64,000 nt of DNA from Candidatus Binatia bacterium (GTDB lineage: Bacteria > Desulfobacterota > Binatia > UBA9968 > JAJDTQ01). Of the stretch, positions 22,411 to 31,503 are shown piece by piece; within the stretch, counting starts at the first letter, position 1, and each line of letters opens with the position of its first letter. The translations under genes and the position numbers were made by a program. The stretch lies in assembly GCA_963666515.2 (NCBI GenBank), contig OY762897.2:2912001-2976000 (forward strand), given 5' to 3'. Below the pieces are notes generated by a model. It was not told the origin of the DNA. It searched no databases and saw only the letters and a program-made list of their open reading frames with translations.

Positions 22411-23607
22411 ATGTCCGACGTCATCTACTTCGACAACAACGCAACCACGCGTATCGCGCCGCCGGTCTACGAGGCCATGGCGCCGTACCTCACCGAGCTT
22501 TATGGCAACCCCTCCAGCATACACGGCTTCGGAAGCCGGGTCGGCCGCGCCCTCGACCGCGCCCGCACCCAGGTGGCCGGACTCCTGGGCGCCGGCGACG
22601 AGGTCGAGGTGCTGTTCACCAGTTGCGGCTCGGAAGGGGACAACACCGCCATTCGCGGCATCCTCGAAGGGGCGCCGGAAAAGCGCCACTTCGTCACCAC
22701 CGCGGTGGAGCACCCCGCGGTGCTGGGCCTCGGGCAACACCTGGAAAGGAAGGGCTATCGGGTCACCTGGCTGGGGGTGGACGAGGACGGCATGCTGGAC
22801 CTGGACGAGCTGCGGGACGCCCTCTCGGACGATACCGCCCTGGTCTCGATCATGCACGCCAACAACGAGACCGGCGTCGTCTTCCCGGTACGCGAGGCCG
22901 GCGAGATCGTCAAGGCCAGGGGCATCCCCTTTCACGTGGACGCTGTGCAGGTGCCGGGCAAGATCGAGCTGGACGTCAAGAACGACCCCATCGACCTGCT
23001 GACCGTCTCGGCCCACAAGTTCCACGGCCCCAAGGGCGTGGGCGCGCTGTACGTCCGGCGGGGGATCACGCTCCGCCCCTTCATCGTCGGCGGCCACCAG
23101 GAGCGCAACCGCCGCGCCGGAACCGAGAACGTCGCCGGCATCGTGGGCATGGGCGAGGCCGCGGCGCTGACCGCCGGGGACGTCGCCGCCGAAAGCAGTC
23201 AGTTGACCGCCTTGCGCGACCAACTGGAAAGCGCGCTCGTTTCCACCTGCCCCGGCGCCCGGGTCAACGGAGCCGGGTCGAAGCGCCTGCCCAATACCCT
23301 CAACATCGCGTTCCGGTACCTGGAGGGCGAATCGATCCTGGTGCTGCTGGACGAGTTCGGCATCTGCGCCTCCACCGGCTCGGCCTGCACCGCCGGCTCG
23401 GTGGAGCCGTCCCACGTGCTGCGGGCCATGAAGGTGCCGCCAGAATGGCTGCAAGGGGCCGTCCGGTTCAGCCTCGGCCGTTACAACACCGAGGCGGAAG
23501 TCGATTTCGCTGCCGAGAAGATCCCCGGCATCATCCGGCGCCTGCAGGGCCTTTCCGCGCTGGGCCGCGTCGGAACGAAGGAAGGTCTGCCCGGGCAAGC
23601 CTCGTAG
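22411..23607 (+). CDS. nifS: Cysteine desulfurase, NifS type
   Basis: YFDNNATT, FTSCGSEGDN, SAHKFHGPKG, STGSACTAGSVEPSHVL. Confidence 0.88.
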   Translation: MSDVIYFDNNATTRIAPPVYEAMAPYLTELYGNPSSIHGFGSRVGRALDRARTQVAGLLGAGDEVEVLFTSCGSEGDNTAIRGILEGAPEKRHFVTTAVEHPAVLGLGQHLERKGYRVTWLGVDEDGMLDLDELRDALSDDTALVSIMHANNETGVVFPVREAGEIVKARGIPFHVDAVQVPGKIELDVKNDPIDLLTVSAHKFHGPKGVGALYVRRGITLRPFIVGGHQERNRRAGTENVAGIVGMGEAAALTAGDVAAESSQLTALRDQLESALVSTCPGARVNGAGSKRLPNTLNIAFRYLEGESILVLLDEFGICASTGSACTAGSVEPSHVLRAMKVPPEWLQGAVRFSLGRYNTEAEVDFAAEKIPGIIRRLQGLSALGRVGTKEGLPGQAS

Positions 23608-23608
23608 A

Positions 23609-24556
23609 ATGGCGAGACGGAAACCCGATAGACGCAGCCGCCTGCCGTATCGCATCCGCTATCGAACCGGCGAATACTTGGTGCGAGCACTCGTCGCCGT
23701 CCTCGGCCGGCTTCCGGCGTCCGCCAGGCCGTACCTCGCCTGGATCGTGGAACAGGCGAGCTACCTGCTGCTCTGGCAATTCCGCAAGCGGATGCGCGAC
23801 ACCCTCCAACTCACCATGGGCGAAGAGCTGCCCACCGATGCGGAGCGCCGCGCCGTCGTTCGAGGCGCCTGGAGAAACTTCACCCACGCGCTCGTCGAAA
23901 CCTTCGCCTCCCTCTACATGACCAGGGAAGAACTGTGCTCGCGGATCGAAATCAAGGGCGAGGAACGCCTGCGCGCGGCTCTGGCCCGGGGCAAGGGCGT
24001 GATCGCACTGAGCGCTCATTTCGGCAACTTCACCATCATCGGCCCCCGGCTGCTGGCCCAGGGCCATGACTTCAGCGTCGTGATCAAGCTGCCGCAGGAG
24101 AGTCGATTCGCCGCGTTGCAGAACGAGTACTGCGCCCGCGCCGGCGTCAACGTCATCCCGGCCCGCCCCAGCCGTGCCGCCGTCGTGCAGATCATCACGG
24201 CGTTGCGGCGGAACGGGATCGTCCTGCTGATCCCGGACGAGTTCAAGACCCACGGCGTGGAGGTGGACTTTCTCGGCCGCCGCGCGCCGGCGCCAAAGGG
24301 GCCCATCACCCTCGCCCAACGCACCGGCGCCGCCGTGCTCCCCGTCTTCATGGTCCGCGACGCCCGGGACCGGCTGACGCTCCACGTCGAGCCCGAAGTC
24401 CGGTTCGTTCAGACCGACGACCGGGAGGCCGACCTCCGCACCAATGCCCGGCTGTTCGTCCAGGAAATCGAGAAGATGGTGCGCCGCCATCCGGACCACT
24501 GGAGCTGGATGGGGTTCCGCAGGCCTCGCAAGAGGGACGCCGCCGGCGCAGCGTGA
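23609..24556 (+). CDS. Lipid A lauroyl/lysophospholipid acyltransferase (LpxL/HtrB family)
   Basis: GKGVIALSAHFGNF, VDFLGR, HPDHWSW. Confidence 0.85.
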   Translation: MARRKPDRRSRLPYRIRYRTGEYLVRALVAVLGRLPASARPYLAWIVEQASYLLLWQFRKRMRDTLQLTMGEELPTDAERRAVVRGAWRNFTHALVETFASLYMTREELCSRIEIKGEERLRAALARGKGVIALSAHFGNFTIIGPRLLAQGHDFSVVIKLPQESRFAALQNEYCARAGVNVIPARPSRAAVVQIITALRRNGIVLLIPDEFKTHGVEVDFLGRRAPAPKGPITLAQRTGAAVLPVFMVRDARDRLTLHVEPEVRFVQTDDREADLRTNARLFVQEIEKMVRRHPDHWSWMGFRRPRKRDAAGAA

Positions 24557-24625
24557 CGATCGACGCCGCTGGCCGGCCCGCGTGTGGGGAGGCATGGCGC
24601 GTACAAGGAATGACACGGAGCATCC

Positions 24626-25396
24626 ATGGACCTGGGCTTGACCGGAAGAGTGGCCATGATCAGCGGGGCGAGCCGAGGCATCGGCAAGGCCGTCGCGTCG
24701 GGGCTCGCCGCAGAAGGCTGCCGGCTCAGCCTTTGCGCCAGGGGCCGGACCGATCTCGACGAAACCGTCCGTGAGCTGCGAGCTCAGGACGCGGACGTGC
24801 TCGCGTCGACCCTGGACGTCACCGACGAGAACGCCGCCCGCGGGTGGTTCGACGAGACCCGTGAACACTTCGGCGCCGTCGACGTCCTGGTGAACAACGT
24901 CGGCGGCTCGCGCCCCGGCGGCAACCTGTCGGCCTCCGCCGACGATTGGCGCCGGGGCTTTTCCCTGAACTTCTTCTCCGCCCTCGACCTCTGCCGCCTG
25001 GTGGTGCCGTCCATGCAGGAACGCGGACGGGGTTGCGTCATCAACATCGCATCCATCTACGGCCGCGAGTGGGGCGGCCCCATGACCTACAATGCCGCGA
25101 AGGCGGCCATGATCAGCTTGTCCAAGGAAATGGCCCGGGAACTGGCGCCCGACGGCATCCGCGTCAACAGCGTCGCCCCCGGCTCCATCCTGTTCCCCGG
25201 CGGCTCCTGGGACCGGCGGCAAAAGGAAGACCCCGAAGGCATCGCCGCCTTCGTCCAGCGCGAGATACCCGCCGGCCGCTTCGGCACCCCGCAGGAGGTG
25301 GCCGATGTGGTGGTCTTCCTCGCCTCCGACCGGGCCAACTGGATCTCCGGCGCCTGCATCAACGTGGACGGGTGCCAGTCGAGGTCGCTGATCTGA
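24626..25396 (+). CDS. Short-chain dehydrogenase/reductase
   Basis: SGASRGIG, LVNNVG, YNAAK, VNSVAPG. Confidence 0.92.
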   Translation: MDLGLTGRVAMISGASRGIGKAVASGLAAEGCRLSLCARGRTDLDETVRELRAQDADVLASTLDVTDENAARGWFDETREHFGAVDVLVNNVGGSRPGGNLSASADDWRRGFSLNFFSALDLCRLVVPSMQERGRGCVINIASIYGREWGGPMTYNAAKAAMISLSKEMARELAPDGIRVNSVAPGSILFPGGSWDRRQKEDPEGIAAFVQREIPAGRFGTPQEVADVVVFLASDRANWISGACINVDGCQSRSLI

Positions 25397-25477
25397 TGAC
25401 AGGCTGCCCGGCTTGAAGGGGTGTCCTTGCTGAAATGGTTGGTGACCAGACTCAACCGGACCACACGGAGGCGTATC

Positions 25478-26089
25478 ATGAAACGGACCATGCTGATCGT
25501 TGTCGCGACGCTTTCGCTTGCCGCTCACACGGCAGGCGCACAGCAACTCGAGAAGGCGGTCTTCGCCGGCGGCTGCTTCTGGTGCGTCGAGTCGGACTTC
25601 GACAAGGTGCCGGGGGTGGTGTCAACGATCTCGGGCTACACCGGCGGCAAGACCGAGAACCCTACGTACAAGCAGGTCACGTATGGCGACACGGGCCACT
25701 ACGAGGCGGTGGAGATCACCTACGATCCGGCCAAGGTCAGCTACGAGATGCTGCTCACCGCCTTCTGGCGCTCGGTGGACCCCACCGACGACGGCGGGCA
25801 GTTCTGTGACCGCGGCCACTCCTACAAGACCGCCGTCTTCGTGGCGAACGAAAAGGAACGCGGCCTGGCCGAGGCCTCGAAAAACGCCGCGCAGAAGGCC
25901 CTGGGCAAGCCCATCGTCACCCCGATCCTCGCCGCCATGCGGTTTTACCCCGCGGAAGACTATCACCAGGACTATTACATGGTGAATCCGATCCGCTACA
26001 ACTATTACCGCTTCTCCTGCGGCCGGAACCGGAGGGTCAAGGATCTATGGGGTGAGCAGGCTTACCAAGGCATCCCAGGCCACGGGTAA
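25478..26089 (+). CDS. msrA: Peptide-methionine (S)-S-oxide reductase with signal peptide
   Basis: GGCFWC, GYTGG, AEDYHQDYY; signal peptide MKRTMLIVVATLSLAAHTAGA from ATG 25478. Confidence 0.93.
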   Translation: MKRTMLIVVATLSLAAHTAGAQQLEKAVFAGGCFWCVESDFDKVPGVVSTISGYTGGKTENPTYKQVTYGDTGHYEAVEITYDPAKVSYEMLLTAFWRSVDPTDDGGQFCDRGHSYKTAVFVANEKERGLAEASKNAAQKALGKPIVTPILAAMRFYPAEDYHQDYYMVNPIRYNYYRFSCGRNRRVKDLWGEQAYQGIPGHG

Positions 26090-26212
26090 GTGTGGCTCAG
26101 GCGCCGTATGAAATGCGTTGAGAAGAAGTTCGCAGGCGGCCCCTTTTCGAGCACACCGCCGCGCCCTACACCCCGACTCCGCCGCCGTCCAGTCCAAGAA
26201 ACCAGGACTACC

Positions 26213-26902
26213 TCAAACATCTTCCTCGAGGATTTGACCGTGCTCCCTTAGCCAGCCACGCGCTCTATCCATGGTGGGGGCTTGTGTCTTCACTATGTTC
26301 CAGAATCGCGGCGTATGGTTGGGCTCTAAGAGGTGGGCGAGTTCATGGGTGATAACGTAATCGACCACAAAGATCGGCGCCTTAATCAATCGCCAGTTCA
26401 GGTTGATGTTGCCTCGAACTGTGCATGAGCCCCACCGATATCGACTATCAACGATGTGCCCCTGCCCGAAGGAAACGCCAAGCTCTCGAGCCTGCTTCAC
26501 AACGCGAGGTAAAATTCGCTCCCTTGCTCGCGCGATGTACCACTCACGCATCGCACCCTTCTTGTCAAGCGCGCCTGATGCCGGAATCAGAAAACGCTGG
26601 TCAAACCGAACACGTTCCGTCTCTTTGTCGATGACTTCGATACGGTAACTCCGCCCAAGATATAGCGCGGACTCACCATCAACGAGCTCTTTACCGGGTG
26701 GATGAGGGCGTTCCGTGTATTTTTGGCTATGCCGTGTTTTCTCGTAGATCCAAGGACGCTTGGCTTCGACTATCCGCACAATTGCTTCATCGGAAGCGTG
26801 ATTCGGAGCGTGCACAACAACCTTTCTGTCACGCTCGATAGTGATCGTGACCTTCTTTCGCTTTGAAGATCTTTTTACCGAGTAGGTAATGTCCATCGTC
26901 AT
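26213..26902 (-). CDS. YgjP/M48-like zinc metalloprotease associated with the Type I R-M operon
   Basis: RWGSC, YVITHELAHLLEPNHTPRFW (HExxH); start overlaps the hsdR stop. Confidence 0.88.
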   Translation of the reverse strand: MTMDITYSVKRSSKRKKVTITIERDRKVVVHAPNHASDEAIVRIVEAKRPWIYEKTRHSQKYTERPHPPGKELVDGESALYLGRSYRIEVIDKETERVRFDQRFLIPASGALDKKGAMREWYIARARERILPRVVKQARELGVSFGQGHIVDSRYRWGSCTVRGNINLNWRLIKAPIFVVDYVITHELAHLLEPNHTPRFWNIVKTQAPTMDRARGWLREHGQILEEDV

Positions 26903-28799
26903 TCGCCCGCGAAAAGAATGATGTCATTGTTCTTTTCAGCTATCTCCATAACTCGGCTAATGATGTGCGCACGATTCTTGATGAGGTTGGGTACTTTGGC
27001 GAACTCGGGCGCGATCAGGATTTTTTGGATCTCTGCTTTCAGTTTGTTGCGGGCCGGAATGCTCTCCCAGAATCCTGCCAATTTCAGCTCTCTCTCAATG
27101 ACGAGAGTAGTCTGCTGTGTCAAATCTACAAGATAGCTGATTCGGTCTTCATCGTCGATGCCATCATAGACAGCTTGCTCCTCAGCCACCTGATTCTGCT
27201 TCACAGTCGGATTATCTGCACCGAACAGCTCACGCTGAAACATTCGAAAGAATGGCATTTGCTTTTTTCGATGCAATCCGTATGTTGGCTCGTTGCGGGC
27301 ATTGAGAATGCGCGCCCGCAGCTTCTCTAGTTCTTCGTAGATCTTGTTCCAGTTGTCGCGGAATTGCTCAAATATGGCCGCCAAGGCCTCGGCGAAGGAG
27401 GCTCGCAGGTCCGGATCATCGTCCAGGTCTACGTCGAGGTGGTGGCGTATCGCGTGCTCGATCTCGGCCGCCTTGGTCTTGGTGCGGTGGTGCTCGCCGA
27501 CACCCTTCTCGAAATCCTCGTCAAGGATCGAGATCGGCGGGACCTTTACATCGATGCCCCGAGACTCGAGGTGGGTGTCGGTGATTGTACGAAGCTTCGC
27601 CGGGATCCCCTTCATGCTCAGGCGCTGGTCGCGGAAGTGTTTTCCAGCGAGCACATTGATCTCGGCAAGCGCCTTGTAGTCGCCTATGAATTCGAGGGCT
27701 TGGCGGGCCGGGAAAAGCAGATTGAGCGACTTGGTCAGCCGCTTGAACGCCAGCATGAAGTCAAAGCGCAGATCCTCGTCGTAGAACACATCGTAGAAGG
27801 CGTCATGATCGCTCATGTCCGTGAGTCCATGCTTCTGGAGCAGGTCCATCACGGTTGCGTGGGCTTCCTTGAGTTCCCGCAACTCCTCATCGGGGAAGCT
27901 CAGGGCATCGATGATCTCCTTCTGCTCGCGCTCGTCGTAGGTGTCGATCGCCTTCTTGAGGTGGTGGCCAATACCGACATAGTCCACCACGAAGCCCTTG
28001 TCCTTGGACTCGCCGCTTACGCGGTTCACGCGGGCGATGGCCTGCAGCAGGTTATGGGCAACCACGACCCTGTCCAGATACATCACCTGCTCGACCGGCG
28101 CATCGAAACCGGTAATCAGCATGTTGTTGACAATGAGGATACCCAGGTCGCCGTTGACACCGTCTTCTTCACTGCCGAACGCCAGTTTGAAGCTCTTGAT
28201 GCTCGCCTCGTGCCGTGATGAGTCGGAATACTCCTTGAGGTGAGGCAGGTCGTTGTGGCGTCCGGAGATCACGACGTCCGTCTTCATCGCCTTGAGGCGG
28301 TCCAGGACCAGCTTGCCCGTGTCGGCATGCTCCAGCTTCGCGACAGCCGCCGCGAGCGCGGCGTCCAGGTGCTTCTTGTACCGCACGGCAGCCTCGCGTG
28401 ACGTCGCCACCACCTGCGCCTTGTAGCCGTTGGGCAACACATGTGCGAGGTAGTGCTCCACCATGTCCCTGGCCTTGGCCTCGATGGTGGGCTCTGCCTC
28501 GAGATAGGCGTCGCGCGATCCGTACCCGAGGATGTCGAGACGCTGCTGGATGTTGTACTCGCTGAACACGTCCTCGAACGCCGCGTCCATCCCGCCCTGG
28601 TCGGGAACCTCCGCGTTATGCGTGCGGCCCTCGTAGACGATCTCCAGCGTCACGCCGTCCTGGATGGACTGGCGCATCGTGTACTTGTCGATGTAGTCGC
28701 CAAAGACTTGCTCGGTTTTGTCGATTGGCGTGCCCGTGTAGCCGATCTTGGCGGCGTTGGGGATGCCCTTGTCGAGGTTGGCCCCAAGCAGCTTGTACT

Positions 28800-30188
28800 G
28801 AGCTACATTCAAAAGTGGTGTACGGGGGGAGTTGAAGGAGGCGGCGCGACTCTGCTGAAATGGGGCTTGGAAGAGCAACGTTTCAGCGGGAAAGGAGAAG
28901 CGCCACCATGGAGAAGGATAGGAGAGAAGGGGCCGGGAGTCCAGCGGAATTTCGGGATGAGTTGAGCGAGATGCTGCGAGAGGGAGCACAAGCGATGATC
29001 CGGGCGGCGGTGGAGGCGGAGTTGGAGAGCTTTCTGGGAGGGCATGAGGGGGAGCGTGATGGGAGGGGGAGGCGAGCGGTGGTACGGAACGGGTATCAGC
29101 GGGAACGGGAGGTGTTGACGGGGTTGGGGCCTGTGAAGGTGCAGGTGCCGAAGACGCGGGATCGAGCGGGCAAGGGGCGGTGTTTTCGCTCGGAGTTGTT
29201 GCCGCCGTACTTGAGGAAGGCTCGGCGGGTGGAGGCGGTGGTGCCGTGGCTGTATCTGAAGGGGGTGTCGACGAACGACTTTGGGGAAGCGCTGGAGGCG
29301 TTGTTCGGGGGCGAGGTGAAGGGGCTGTCGCCGGCAGCGATCACGCGGATGAAGCGGGTGTGGGAGGAGCAGTACGCGGAGTGGCAGGAGCGGGACTGGC
29401 ACGGGCACGAGTTCGTGTATGTGTGGGCGGACGGGATCTACGTGAACATCCGGCAGGAGGAGCGGCGTTGTATCCTGGTGGTGGTGGGCTGCGACATTCA
29501 CGGACGCAAGCACTTCCTGGCTCTGGACGCTGGGTTTCGGGAGTCCTTGGAGAGTTGGAAAGCCCTTCTGTTGAGCCTCAGAGACCGTGGCGTGAAGGCG
29601 CCGAAGCTGGCGGTGGGTGACGGAGCGCTGGGGTTCTGGACGGCCCTGGCCGAAGTCTATCCCGAAACCCGCACCCAGCGCTGCTGGGTGCACAAGACCG
29701 CCAATGTCCTGGACAAGCTGCCCAAGCGCGTCCAGCCTGAAGCCAAGTCGATGATCCACGACATCTGGATGGCCGATACTCGCAAAAGCGCCGAACAGGC
29801 CCTGGACCGTTTCTGTGGCACCTACGAAGCCAAGTACCCCAAGGCGGTGGACTGCCTGAGCCGCGACCGCGACACGTTGCTCACCTTCTATGACTTCCCC
29901 GCAGCTCACTGGCAGCATCTGCGTACCACCAACCCCATCGAGTCCACCTTCGCCACCATCCGGCTACGAACCGTGAAGACCCGGAACTGCCTCAGCGTCA
30001 CCACCGCCCTGAGCCTGGTGCATCAACTGGCCATGAGCGCTCAAAAGCGATGGCGCCGGCTCCGGGGGTTCGGTCAACTCGCTGACTTGGTCGCCAAGGT
30101 GAAGTTCGTCGATGGCGTCGATGAAAGGGAGACCCGTAGAAAAGCCGCCTGATTCAGCTCGGCCATACACCAGATTTGACAGTAGCTC
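28800..30188 (+). mobile_element. IS256-family insertion sequence, 1389 bp
   Basis: 23-bp imperfect TIRs: GAGCTACATTCAAAAGTGGTGTA versus GAGCTACTGTCAAATCTGGTGTA (reverse complement of the right end). 8-bp TSD CTTGTACT at 28792-28799 and 30189-30196. Confidence 0.95.
28908..30152 (+). CDS. IS256-family transposase
   Basis: RNGYQ..R, YVWADG, AVGDGALGF, QRCWVHK, RTTNPIESTF; RBS AAGGAG before ATG 28908. Confidence 0.95.
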   Translation: MEKDRREGAGSPAEFRDELSEMLREGAQAMIRAAVEAELESFLGGHEGERDGRGRRAVVRNGYQREREVLTGLGPVKVQVPKTRDRAGKGRCFRSELLPPYLRKARRVEAVVPWLYLKGVSTNDFGEALEALFGGEVKGLSPAAITRMKRVWEEQYAEWQERDWHGHEFVYVWADGIYVNIRQEERRCILVVVGCDIHGRKHFLALDAGFRESLESWKALLLSLRDRGVKAPKLAVGDGALGFWTALAEVYPETRTQRCWVHKTANVLDKLPKRVQPEAKSMIHDIWMADTRKSAEQALDRFCGTYEAKYPKAVDCLSRDRDTLLTFYDFPAAHWQHLRTTNPIESTFATIRLRTVKTRNCLSVTTALSLVHQLAMSAQKRWRRLRGFGQLADLVAKVKFVDGVDERETRRKAA

Positions 30189-31503
30189 CTTGTACTGCGA
30201 TCGGTGGGCCTCGTCGGTCATGACGAGAATGTTGGGGCTGGCGTTCAACTCCGGGAAGGCCTCGGTCAGGTCCGCCTCGCGGAACTTGTGGATCATCGCC
30301 ATCACCAAGTCGGAGGTGTCGGCGCTGAGCAGTTCCTTGAGCCCCGTGATGCTGTCGGCCAGCTTCACCGTGAAGCCGATGCTCTGACTGGTCTCGGAGA
30401 GCTGCTGTTCCAATTGGGTGCGGTCGGTGATGAAGACGACCTTCCAGTTCGAGAGCTGCGCGTGACGGTACATCTCCCGAACCATGAACATCATGGTGAG
30501 TGACTTGCCGGAGCCTTGGGTGTGCCAGATGATGCCGCTGCGCTCGCGGGGATTACGGCCTTCGATCAGCCGCTTCACCGCCAGTTTCACCGCGCGGAAC
30601 TGTTGGTAGCGGCCGACGATCTTGATCGTCTGACCTTTGTCATTCGTCGAGAACAGCGTGAAGGTCCGAATCAAGTCGAGCAGGTTGTCCCGGTCGAGCA
30701 TGCCGGCGACGAGACGTTGCTGGTCGTTAGGGCTACCTGAGCCGTGGTCCAGCTCGTCCACGGTCCGTGGATACGGGTCGGCCCAGCGGTAGAAGTACTT
30801 CTCCGTGTGCGTGGTGATGGTGCCGAACTTGGCTTCCTGCCGGCAGGTCGCAACGACGAACTGGTTGTAGTAGAAGAGCGGCGCATTCCCTTCCCCTTTG
30901 GCCCCGCGCTGCTCGCTGTAGCGGAGAAGCTGATCGATCGCCTCCGGAATCGCGTCCTTGACCTTGGGCGATTTGCACTCGATCAGCACCACCGGCAGGC
31001 CGTTGAGGAACAGCACGACGTCGGGGATGATATGGTGCTCGGTGCCGAGTACGCGGACCTTGAACTGGCAGATCGCTATGAAGCGGTTGTTGTCGCGGGT
31101 CGCAAAGTCCACGAAGCGGACGGTCGGGCTCTTCTCGCCACTCCGGCGGTTCTCGCTGACGCTGGTGTTCTCCAGCAGGAGTTGGAACAGGTGCTTGTTG
31201 TTCCCCAGCAAACCGGTGCTCGGGAAGCTCGCAGTGAGCTGCTTGACGACCTCCTCGACTTGATCGTCTTCGAGCCAGGGGTTGATGACCTTGAGCTGCT
31301 CGCGCAGCACCGGCGGCATCACGACCTCGGTAAAGCTCTCCCGTTGGGTGTCGGCCGGGGTCTGCTTCATGTCCGTCAGATCGATGACCTCCCAGCCCAA
31401 GCCCGCAAGCTGGTCGAGCAGAGGCTTCTCGACGTGGTTGCGCTCGTCAAGGCGTAACACTTCAGGTGACTTTGCGGGGCCGGGCATGCTTGTGTCCTGA
31501 AGT

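Larger units (their letters stand above)
26899..31487 (-). pseudogene. hsdR: Type I restriction subunit R interrupted by IS256
   Basis: The N-part has PDVVLFLNGLPVVLIECK, WHTQGSGKS and DEAHRSQY; the C-part has YTGTP, TGFDAP and QAIARVNR. Removing the IS and one TSD copy gives 3192 bp in frame (1063 aa; DEAHRSQYKLLGAN). Confidence 0.95.

Noticed and set aside
26090-26212. Distal att site closing the R-M island
   Set aside because: No copy of the tmRNA 3' sequence (TGGTGGAGGC...) is visible here, so the left island boundary is inferred only from gene content and composition.
28792-28800. 9-bp TSD CTTGTACTG
   Set aside because: It is also repeated, but it would make the IS ends asymmetric; the 8-bp TSD gives matching GAGCTAC termini.
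28800-28989. N-terminal extension of ORF 26899-28989 (and C-terminal tail of ORF 29964-31487)
   Set aside because: These are read-through into IS256 sequence, not native hsdR.
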